64,000 nucleotides of DNA from Myxococcota bacterium (lineage in GTDB: Bacteria > Myxococcota_A > UBA9042 > PHBI01 > JAWLBL01), in NCBI GenBank assembly GCA_041687695.1, contig JAWLBL010000013.1:146874-210873 (forward strand). The letters are read 5' to 3'. A program made the position numbers and the translations under genes. The notes below the pieces were generated by a model. The model was given only the letters and a program-made list of their open reading frames with translations. It was not told where the DNA came from and searched no databases. Numbering within the stretch: the first letter of the stretch is position 1; each line of letters opens with the position of its first letter. Of this stretch, positions 8,305 through 16,654 are shown one piece after another.

Positions 8305-11300
8305 ATGCGGAAGATCGGTGCGACAGGCTTGGGGCTGGTGGTGGCGCTCGCGTTGGTGGCTTGCGGCGACGAGGTGACGCAGACGCCGCTGCCCGGCAAG
8401 ACCTGCACGGTCCCGGCCGACTGCGAGGCGACGCTGGCGACGCGCGGCTACGCGGCCGAGTGCACGACCGTGACCTGCGACGCCAGCCGCTGCGTCTTCA
8501 CGGCCGTGAACGAGGGCGGCAGCTGCGGCGAGGGCGACGCGTGCGTCACGGGCGGCGTGTGCGCCAACCGTCTCTGCGTCGGTGAAGCGGTCGTGTGCGA
8601 CGACGGCGACCCCTGCACGACCGACGCCTGCGATCCGGCGACCGGCGGCTGCACGACCACGCCGGCGCCCGGCGAGCCCTGCGACGACGGGGTGGCCTGC
8701 ACCGAAAAGGACGTGTGCCAGCTGGACGGCCAGTGCCTCGGGCAGCCGTCCGCGACCTGCCAGTGCGCCGAGGACGCCGACTGCGCGGCGCTGGCCGAGA
8801 CCGACAAGTGCGCCGGCACCTTCGTGTGCGGCGACGACTTCGCCTGCCACGCCGACCCGGCGACGGTCATCCAGTGCGACACCAGCGGCGACACCGAGTG
8901 CGCCGGGGCGGTCTGCGACCCGGCGACCGGCGGGTGCGTGCTGACCGCCACGAACGAGGGGCAGCCCTGCGGCGAGGCCGCGGACGACTGCACCGGGCAG
9001 GCGGTGTGCACGAACGGGGCCTGCGCGGGCGAGGCGGTCGCCTGCGACGACGGCGACCCGTGCACGACCGACGAGTGCGTGCCGGGACAGGGCTGCGTGT
9101 ACGAGCCGGCGACCGGGCTGCCCTGCGACGACGGCGACCCGTGCACCAGCCCCGACGTCTGCCAGGCCGGGCAGTGCCAGGGCGCGGCGGCCAGCTGCGA
9201 CGACGGCAACCCATGCACGGTCGACGCGTGCGACCCCGTCACCGGGCAGTGCAGCCACACCGCGTCGGACGAGCCCTGCGACGACGGCAACCCGTGCACC
9301 ACGGGCGACAGCTGCTCGACCGGCGTGTGCAAGGGCGCGGGCGTGGCCTGTGACGACGGCAACCCGTGCACGGCCGACGTCTGCCAGGTGGGCGACGACG
9401 GCGAGGTCACCTGCGCGCACCAGAACGTGTTCGGCGTCTGCGACGACGGCGACCCGTGCACCGGCGGCGACGCGTGCCTGGGCGGGCAGTGCGTCGGGAC
9501 CGAGAAGCTGTGCGGGTGCTCGAGCGACCAGGAGTGCCAGGACAAGGCGCCGGACGACCTGTGCGTGGGCGCGTGGCTGTGCGACACCAGCGTGACCGGC
9601 GGCAAGTGCGTGCCCGACCCGGCGACGGTCGTGACGTGCCAGGCCAACGAGACGATGTGCACCATCGACCAGTGCGACCCGGCGACCGGGACGTGCAAGT
9701 CGCAGCCCAAGCCGGACGCGACCCCGTGCGACGACGGCAACGCCTGCTCGACCGGCGACATCTGCTCGTCGGGCGTGTGCGTCGGCAACGCGATGGACTG
9801 CAGCGACGGCAACCCCTGCACGGGCGACCTGTGCAGCGGCGGCGTGTGCAGCAACCAGCCGCTGGGCGGCAGCATGACCTTCCTGGACGTCGGCTTCGAC
9901 GCGGGCCTGCCGGACGGCTGGACCGCCGAGACGACCACGGAGGGCGTGGGCTGGAAGGTCTCGGCCGAGTACGCCGCCGAGGGTGACTTCGGCCTGGTGG
10001 CGACCGGTCCGAGCGGCGTGTACGACCACGGGGCGGTCACGGCGACGCTGCGCTCGCCCAAGTTCTGGGTCTACGGCGAGACGGTGCAGCTGCGCCTGAA
10101 GATGAAGACCGGCTTCGCGTCGCCGACCGTGGGCGCGGACAAGTGCTTCGCCTCCAACGACTACCTGTCGGTGGGCGTCGACAACTACGGGCTGCTCGAG
10201 CAGGTCGAGTGCGTCTCGGGCGACGCCCCGGACTGGGTGCAGCTGCAGGTGGACCTGTCGTTCTTCAAGAACCGCGAGATCGGCCTGGTCTTCGTCTTCC
10301 ACGCCGACGCCGAGGACAACGGCGGCTTCGGCGCCGCCATCGACGAGGTCGAGGTCTCGGCCCTGTTCACCTGCACCGACGGGCCGTGCACCATCGGGTC
10401 GTGCACGGCGGGGGCCTGCAACGCGGGGCCGCTGGTCTGCGACGACGGCGACCCGTGCACCCTGGACACCTGCAGCGCGACCACCGGCAAGTGCCAGTAC
10501 AAGCTGCAGGTCAACTGCGGCTGCGAGAGCGACTTCGACTGCCTGACCTTCAGCCCCTGCCTGCAGGGCACCTGCGGCCCGGACGGCTTCTGCGAGGAGA
10601 CGGTCATCACGGGGGCCTGCGACGACCAGGACGCCTGCACGGTGAACGACGTGTGCAACGAGGAGGGCGAGTGCCTCGGCGACGACATCGTCTGCGACGA
10701 CGGCGTGCCCTGCACCGACGACTGGTGCGACTACTCGGGCGAGTGCGTCTTCCAGTTCAAGCCGCTCGCCTGCGACGACGGCGACGCGTGCACGACCAAC
10801 GACACCTGCACGAGCGCCTCGACCTGCGCGGGCTCGCCCGTCGTGTGCGCCAGCGGCTCGTGCGCCTCGGGCTACTGCTCGGACGGCAGCTGCAAGTTCT
10901 CGATCAACCACGACGGGAGCTTCGAACTCGAGGAGGGCTTCGACTCGCTCGCCCCCAACCAGCTGCCGGCCGAGTGGACCGACAACGCCGAGAGCCCCGG
11001 GTGGAGCTGGAAGTCGACGACCACGGCCAGCCACTCGGCCCCGACCGCGCTGGGGCTGATGGGCCCGGCCAGCGCCTACGCGGCCGCCACGGTCAGCGTC
11101 ACGGCGCCGGCGGTGTCGCTGCCGCCCGACGGCGGGACGCTGCGTTATTGGGTCCGCGGCACCTGGGGCGACCAGGGCTGCACGACGGACGTGCTGCGCG
11201 TGAAGGTCAACGGCACGGTCGTCGACACCGTCTGCGCGAACGTGCCGGCCTTCGCCGAGCGCACCGTGGATCTGGCCGCCTTCGCCACCCAGCTGGCGAC

Positions 11301-11469
11301 CGTGAGCTTCGAGTTCTCGGCCAAGGCGGCCGACGCAGGCGCCGTGAGCCTGCTGCTCGACGACGTGGCGGTCACGGCGAAGTACCTGTGCGACGACGGC
11401 GACGCGTGCACCACGAACGACGCGTGCGTGCTGGGCTTCTGTCAGGGACAGGACGGCCTGTGCCCCTGA
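8305..11469 (+). CDS. giant secreted lipoprotein with Myxococcus-type cysteine-rich repeats (C-x-D-G-[DN]-P-C-T-x-D-x-C)
   Basis: 1054 aa. Lipoprotein signal MRKIGATGLGLVVALALVACGDE. At least 18 copies of a roughly 40-aa repeat (CDDGDPCTTDACDPATGGC...), interrupted by two non-Cys domains of about 170 aa each. RBS AGGGGGA. Confidence 0.85.
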   Translation: MRKIGATGLGLVVALALVACGDEVTQTPLPGKTCTVPADCEATLATRGYAAECTTVTCDASRCVFTAVNEGGSCGEGDACVTGGVCANRLCVGEAVVCDDGDPCTTDACDPATGGCTTTPAPGEPCDDGVACTEKDVCQLDGQCLGQPSATCQCAEDADCAALAETDKCAGTFVCGDDFACHADPATVIQCDTSGDTECAGAVCDPATGGCVLTATNEGQPCGEAADDCTGQAVCTNGACAGEAVACDDGDPCTTDECVPGQGCVYEPATGLPCDDGDPCTSPDVCQAGQCQGAAASCDDGNPCTVDACDPVTGQCSHTASDEPCDDGNPCTTGDSCSTGVCKGAGVACDDGNPCTADVCQVGDDGEVTCAHQNVFGVCDDGDPCTGGDACLGGQCVGTEKLCGCSSDQECQDKAPDDLCVGAWLCDTSVTGGKCVPDPATVVTCQANETMCTIDQCDPATGTCKSQPKPDATPCDDGNACSTGDICSSGVCVGNAMDCSDGNPCTGDLCSGGVCSNQPLGGSMTFLDVGFDAGLPDGWTAETTTEGVGWKVSAEYAAEGDFGLVATGPSGVYDHGAVTATLRSPKFWVYGETVQLRLKMKTGFASPTVGADKCFASNDYLSVGVDNYGLLEQVECVSGDAPDWVQLQVDLSFFKNREIGLVFVFHADAEDNGGFGAAIDEVEVSALFTCTDGPCTIGSCTAGACNAGPLVCDDGDPCTLDTCSATTGKCQYKLQVNCGCESDFDCLTFSPCLQGTCGPDGFCEETVITGACDDQDACTVNDVCNEEGECLGDDIVCDDGVPCTDDWCDYSGECVFQFKPLACDDGDACTTNDTCTSASTCAGSPVVCASGSCASGYCSDGSCKFSINHDGSFELEEGFDSLAPNQLPAEWTDNAESPGWSWKSTTTASHSAPTALGLMGPASAYAAATVSVTAPAVSLPPDGGTLRYWVRGTWGDQGCTTDVLRVKVNGTVVDTVCANVPAFAERTVDLAAFATQLATVSFEFSAKAADAGAVSLLLDDVAVTAKYLCDDGDACTTNDACVLGFCQGQDGLCP

Positions 11470-11536
11470 CCGGGCCCGGGCGGCGGGGAGCGTCCGCGTC
11501 GACGCCCCCCATCGGACGGCTTCGGACCGGGAACCG

Positions 11537-11566
11537 TTGAGCGCAGCGGGGTCGCCCGCCTATACT
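11537..11566 (+). promoter_or_regulatory. sigma70-like promoter of Cys-rich lipoprotein gene 2
   Basis: TTGAGC - 18 nt - TATACT, followed by CCGCAC. Same spacing and downstream motif as the element upstream of gene 1. Confidence 0.35.
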
Positions 11567-11613
11567 CCGCACCTCTTCGACGCCGGGGTTCGGAGATGGG
11601 GGGAAGTCCGATC

Positions 11614-14600
11614 ATGCGCAAGCTCTTTGGTGGGGTGCTGCCCGCGGTGGCGGCCCTGACGCTGCTGGCGGCGGGGTGCACCGAGGTGACCCTGGTCCCC
11701 GGGCTCGAAGGCGAGACCTGCAAGCGCCCCAGCGAGTGCGCCGAGGGCCTGACGTGCGTCCAGGGACGCTGCGCCGTCGACACCGAGCTGCCCTTCACCG
11801 ACGTCTCGGGTGACGAGGGCGGCAAGGGTGACGTGCCCCCGCCCGAGGACGTCCCCGACGTCTCGAACGACACCACCGTCGACGCCGAGGACGTGCTCGA
11901 GGTGACGGACCCCGGGACCCCCGAGGTCATCGTCACGCCGGACGTGCCCACGGACACGCCCGACGACCCCGATGTCGACCCGATCTGGGACGTCGCCGAC
12001 GCCGACGCGGGCGAGGAGACCGCCCAGACGCCCGACGCGACCGAGGACGTCGAGATCGATGTGCCGCCGGGGCCACCCGGGCCCGACGAGCCGTGCGAGG
12101 GCGACTGCCCGACCGGCTACCTGTGCCTGCCGCAGGTCGACGGCGTCGCCCGCTGCAAGCCCTTCCCCAAGGGCGTGTGCCTGCCCTGCGCGTCGGCGGC
12201 CGACTGCCCGACGCCGGGCGCCCAGTGCCTCAGCTTCCCGGACGGACAGAGCTTCTGCGGCGCGGTCTGCGGCACCCCGGCCGACTGCCCTTCGGGCTTC
12301 TCGTGCACCGACGGCCAGTGCCGCCCGCAGACGACCTCGTGCGAGTGCACGCCCGACCTGTTCGGCTGGAGCCTGCCCTGCGACAACGCCGGCGCGGGCG
12401 GCGTGTGCAAGGGCCAGACGACCTGCCTCCAGAAGGGGTGGTCGACCTGCTCGGCGGCGGCGCCCTCGGTCGAGCTGTGCAACGGCAAGGACGACGACTG
12501 CGACGGCATCACCGACGAGGAGCCCAAGTACTTCGAGAAGGGCAAGAGCCTGCCCTTCGGCGCGCCCTGCGGCCTGGGCGTGTGCGCGGGCGGCGAGGTG
12601 GTCTGCACGCCCGACGGCGGGGTGACCTGCTCGGGCAACGCGCTGGCCGGGCCCGAGGTGTGCGCCGACCAGCTCGACAACGACTGCGACGGGCAGGTCA
12701 ACGAGGGCTGCGAGTCCGACGACTGGGACGGCGACGGGGTGCCCAACGACAAGGACTGCGCGCCGATGGACGCCAGCACCTACCCGGGCGCGACCGAGAA
12801 GTGCTGCAACCCCGCCCTGGGCTACAACAAGGCCTGCGACACCAACTGCGACGGCAAGGTCACGCCCTGCGCGAGCTGCGACAAGGACCTCGACGGCTTC
12901 TGCCCGCCCGAGGACTGCAACGACAACGATCCGAAGATCCACCCGGGCGCGGCCGAGAAGTGCAACGACGGCATCGACCAGGACTGCCAGGGCGGCGATC
13001 TGCTGTGCTCGGCCGCCCAGGACAAGGACGGCGACGGCTTCATCCCGCCGGCCGACTGCAACGAGGGCAACCCGTCGGTCTACCCCTACGCCGAGGAGCT
13101 CTGCGACAACCTGGACAACGACTGCGACGGCCTCATCGACGAGGGCAACCCGCAGGGCGGGCAGAACTGCGGGACGACCGCCGAGTACTGCCAGTCGGGC
13201 AAGATGGTCTGCACCCACTACGGGTACGGCGCGGTGCTGCAGTGCCAGGGCGCCATCAAGTACGGCCCCGAGACCTGCGACGGCGTCGACAACGACTGCG
13301 ACGGGCAGACCGACGAGACGTTCACCCAGCTGGGCCAGCCCTGCGACGGGCCCGACAGCGACTTCTGCGCCAACGGCGTGCTCGTGTGCTCGGGCGACGG
13401 GCAGGGCGTCGAGTGCTCGGACGAGGCCGTGTCCAACCTGGTCGAGGAGTGCAACGGCCTCGACGACGACTGCGACGGGGCGACCGACGAGTTCGTCTGC
13501 AACCTGAAGGACCTCGACGGCGACGGCTACACCGCGGCCCAGGGCGACTGCGACGACTGGCGGCCCGAGGTGTACCCCGGCGCCGCGGAGCCGTGCTGCG
13601 ACCCCAAGCTGGGGCCGGCCGCCTACGAGATCTGCGACCTGAACTGCGACGGGATCATCGTCCCGTGTGGCTTCAACGACGCCGACGCGGACGGCTACCC
13701 GGCGGGCGTCGACTGCGACGACAACGACCCGCGGACCTACCCGGGCGCCCCCGAGAAGTGCGGCGACGGCAAGGACCAGGACTGCGACGGCGTCGACACC
13801 AACTGCGCGCTCGTCCAGGACAAGGACAAGGACGGCTTCCACTCGGGCATCGACTGCAACGACAACGACAACAAGGTCCACCCGTGGGCGACCGAGGTCT
13901 GCAACTACATCGACGACGACTGTGACGGCGTCATCGACAACGGCAACCCGTCGACCCTCAGCGGCCCCTGCGGGCCCGGCACGCCCGGCTGCGACCCGGG
14001 TGCGTGGGTGTGCGTGCACGACGCGCAGACCTACTCGGTCAAGGAGCTGTGCATCAACGACAAGTTCCAGGCGACCGAGCTGTGCAACGGCCTCGACGAC
14101 GACTGCGACGGCGAGATCGACGAGACGTTCTACGACCTCGGCCAGCCCTGCGACGGGCCGGACGCGGACGGCTGCGCCAACGGCGTGTTCCAGTGCTCCG
14201 AGGACGGGCTGGGCGTGACCTGCGGCGACGAGGTGGTGGTCGACATCCTCGAGGTGTGCGACGGCGTGGACAACGACTGCAACGGCCAGACCGACGACGG
14301 GATCTCCTGGGAGGGCGTCGCCCTCGGGCAGATCTGCGACGGCACGGGCGTGTGCGGCAAGGGCGTCGTGGTGTGCACGGCGGGCTTCACGGTGACGTGC
14401 TCGACCAACCCGGACGGGCCCTTCCCGCAGAGCAAGGCCGAGACCTGCAACGGCCTGGACGACGACTGCGACGGTGAGATCGACGAGGACTTCCTGTTCG
14501 ACGGCGTGCCGGTGGGCGGCGCCTGCGACGGCTGGGGCGAGTGCGGCGTCGGCGTGGTCGAGTGCAACGGCGCGGGCGGGGCGACCTGCTCGACGCAGCC

Positions 14601-16617
14601 CGACGGGTCGGCGCCGCAGGGCTCGGTCGAGGTGTGCAACGGGCTCGACGACGACTGCGACGGGCTGACCGACGAGGAGCTGACGTTGGCGGACAGCCCG
14701 TGCAAGGCCGTGGGGCAGTGCGCGGCCGGCGGGGTCGGGGCGATGTGCGCCGACGGCGAGTGGGTGTGCGACTACACGGGCGTCGCCGGCTACGAGGAGG
14801 ACGAGACCCTCTGCGACGGGCTGGACAACGACTGCGACGGGCTGACCGACGAGGGCTGGGACGTGGGCCTGGCGTGCGACGGCGACGACACGGACCTGTG
14901 CCAGAACGGGACCTGGACGTGCACGCCGGACGGGATGGGCCTCGAGTGCCTGAACGAGACCGAGGTCGACATCGAGGAGGTCTGCAACAACTACGACGAC
15001 GACTGCGACGGCGACGTGGACGAGGTCGAGGTCTCGCCCGCCGAGGCCGGGTGCGCCAGCAAGGGCGTGTGCGCGTCGGGCGAGGGCGTCGTCGTCACCT
15101 GCGCCGAGGTCGGCTACGCGTGCGACTACTCCGGCGTTCAGGGCTGGGAGGCCGACGAGACCCTGTGCGACGGGCTCGACAACGACTGCGACGGCAAGAC
15201 CGACGAGGAGCTGCTCTTCGAGGGGGCGGCGCTCGGCGAGGACTGCGACGGCTGGGGCGAGTGCGGCATCGGCAAGGTGCAGTGCGGGCCGGGGGGCAGC
15301 ATCATCTGCTCGACGATGCCCGGGGGCGCGACCCCGCAGGACAAGCCCGAGGTGTGCAACGGCCTCGACGAGGACTGCGACGGGGTCGCCGACGACGACT
15401 TCCTGTGGAACGACCTGCCGGTCGGCGCGGCCTGCGACCCGTCGGGGCCGTGCGGCGAGGGCGTGGTCGAGTGCGCGCCGTCGGGGATGGCGGCGCTGTG
15501 CAGCACGGGCGCGGGCGGGTCGGCCGACCAGGGCCAGCCCGAGACCTGCAACGCCGTCGACGACGACTGCGACGGCCAGACCGACGAGACGGCGGACCTC
15601 GACCTGACCGTCTCGGGGTGCCCGGCCTTCGGCGTGTGCGCCGCGCTCGACCAGTTCGTGTCCTGCACCGACGGCGTGTGGATGTGCCACATGGAGTTGC
15701 TGCCGGACTACGAGCCCGACGAGCAGACCTGCGACGACCAGGACAACGACTGCGACGGCCTGGTCGACGAGAGCTTCCCCGACAAGGGGCAGCTGTGCGA
15801 CGGCCCGGACCCCGACCAGTGTCCGACGGGCAAGCTCGAGTGCAACGCCACGGGAGACGGGTTGGTGTGCGGCGCCGAGACGGGCAAGGGCAGCCCCGAG
15901 ACCTGCGACGGCATCGACAACGACTGCGATGGCCTCATCGACGAAGGCTTCACCTACAAGGGCCTGCCGATGGGCGCGTACTGCGACGGCGTGGGCGCTT
16001 GCGGGCTGGGGCGCGTGGAGTGCAACGGGCAGGGGGCGGCGACGTGCTCGACCAACCCCGACGGCAGCAAGAGCCAGGTGACGGCCGAGGTGTGCAACGG
16101 CAAGGACGACGACTGCGACGGGCTGACCGACGAGGGGCTGACCTGGAACGACATCCCGGTGGGGCAGCCGTGCGACGGCGTGGGCGCCTGCGGGATGGGC
16201 GTCGTGGTGTGCCACGTGAGCAGCGGCCAGGCGACGTGCTCGACCAACCCGAACGGGACGACGCCGCAGAGCACGACCGAGCTGTGCAACGGCCTGGACG
16301 ACGACTGCGACGGGCAGACCGACGAGAGCTTCCCCGAGGCGGGGCAGCCGTGCGACTCGGCGGCCGACGCGGACAGCTGCAAGACGGGCGAGTGGACGTG
16401 CCAGGGCGGGCAGATGAGCTGCCAGGGCGATTACGGCTGCGTGCCGGACAGCGAGTGCTACGACCCGGGGGCGCCGGCCAAGCAGCGATGCCTGTGCGTC
16501 GGGATGCAGTGCACCAAGGCCCACGGCGACTCTTGCGACGCCTTCGGGTGCCACTGCAACGGCGGGCTGCCGTGCGTCGCGCCGAAGGTGTGCGTGCCGA
16601 ACGTGGGGTGTCAGTGA
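11614..16617 (+). CDS. giant secreted lipoprotein with MopE-like putative metal-binding repeats (C-N-G-x-D-D-D-C-D-G-x-x-D-E)
   Basis: About 1667 aa. Lipoprotein signal MRKLFGGVLPAVAALTLLAAGC. The ATG at 11614 has a better RBS than the ORF-track start at 11596. Acidic Pro/Asp/Thr linker, then at least 20 CNGLDDDCDGxTDE repeats plus DCNDNDPxxxPGAxExC variants. Confidence 0.85.
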   Translation: MRKLFGGVLPAVAALTLLAAGCTEVTLVPGLEGETCKRPSECAEGLTCVQGRCAVDTELPFTDVSGDEGGKGDVPPPEDVPDVSNDTTVDAEDVLEVTDPGTPEVIVTPDVPTDTPDDPDVDPIWDVADADAGEETAQTPDATEDVEIDVPPGPPGPDEPCEGDCPTGYLCLPQVDGVARCKPFPKGVCLPCASAADCPTPGAQCLSFPDGQSFCGAVCGTPADCPSGFSCTDGQCRPQTTSCECTPDLFGWSLPCDNAGAGGVCKGQTTCLQKGWSTCSAAAPSVELCNGKDDDCDGITDEEPKYFEKGKSLPFGAPCGLGVCAGGEVVCTPDGGVTCSGNALAGPEVCADQLDNDCDGQVNEGCESDDWDGDGVPNDKDCAPMDASTYPGATEKCCNPALGYNKACDTNCDGKVTPCASCDKDLDGFCPPEDCNDNDPKIHPGAAEKCNDGIDQDCQGGDLLCSAAQDKDGDGFIPPADCNEGNPSVYPYAEELCDNLDNDCDGLIDEGNPQGGQNCGTTAEYCQSGKMVCTHYGYGAVLQCQGAIKYGPETCDGVDNDCDGQTDETFTQLGQPCDGPDSDFCANGVLVCSGDGQGVECSDEAVSNLVEECNGLDDDCDGATDEFVCNLKDLDGDGYTAAQGDCDDWRPEVYPGAAEPCCDPKLGPAAYEICDLNCDGIIVPCGFNDADADGYPAGVDCDDNDPRTYPGAPEKCGDGKDQDCDGVDTNCALVQDKDKDGFHSGIDCNDNDNKVHPWATEVCNYIDDDCDGVIDNGNPSTLSGPCGPGTPGCDPGAWVCVHDAQTYSVKELCINDKFQATELCNGLDDDCDGEIDETFYDLGQPCDGPDADGCANGVFQCSEDGLGVTCGDEVVVDILEVCDGVDNDCNGQTDDGISWEGVALGQICDGTGVCGKGVVVCTAGFTVTCSTNPDGPFPQSKAETCNGLDDDCDGEIDEDFLFDGVPVGGACDGWGECGVGVVECNGAGGATCSTQPDGSAPQGSVEVCNGLDDDCDGLTDEELTLADSPCKAVGQCAAGGVGAMCADGEWVCDYTGVAGYEEDETLCDGLDNDCDGLTDEGWDVGLACDGDDTDLCQNGTWTCTPDGMGLECLNETEVDIEEVCNNYDDDCDGDVDEVEVSPAEAGCASKGVCASGEGVVVTCAEVGYACDYSGVQGWEADETLCDGLDNDCDGKTDEELLFEGAALGEDCDGWGECGIGKVQCGPGGSIICSTMPGGATPQDKPEVCNGLDEDCDGVADDDFLWNDLPVGAACDPSGPCGEGVVECAPSGMAALCSTGAGGSADQGQPETCNAVDDDCDGQTDETADLDLTVSGCPAFGVCAALDQFVSCTDGVWMCHMELLPDYEPDEQTCDDQDNDCDGLVDESFPDKGQLCDGPDPDQCPTGKLECNATGDGLVCGAETGKGSPETCDGIDNDCDGLIDEGFTYKGLPMGAYCDGVGACGLGRVECNGQGAATCSTNPDGSKSQVTAEVCNGKDDDCDGLTDEGLTWNDIPVGQPCDGVGACGMGVVVCHVSSGQATCSTNPNGTTPQSTTELCNGLDDDCDGQTDESFPEAGQPCDSAADADSCKTGEWTCQGGQMSCQGDYGCVPDSECYDPGAPAKQRCLCVGMQCTKAHGDSCDAFGCHCNGGLPCVAPKVCVPNVGCQ

Positions 16618-16654
16618 CCGGCGCCGCCGGCGTGGAACGACGAGGGAGCGCGAG

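Noticed and set aside
12480-16330. Regularly spaced short DNA repeats that could be mistaken for a CRISPR array
   Set aside because: The repeats are in frame inside a long ORF encoding CNGLDDDCDG protein repeats. Spacing follows the protein repeat length (about 120-190 nt, irregular), and there are no cas genes. This is a repetitive coding sequence, not a CRISPR array.
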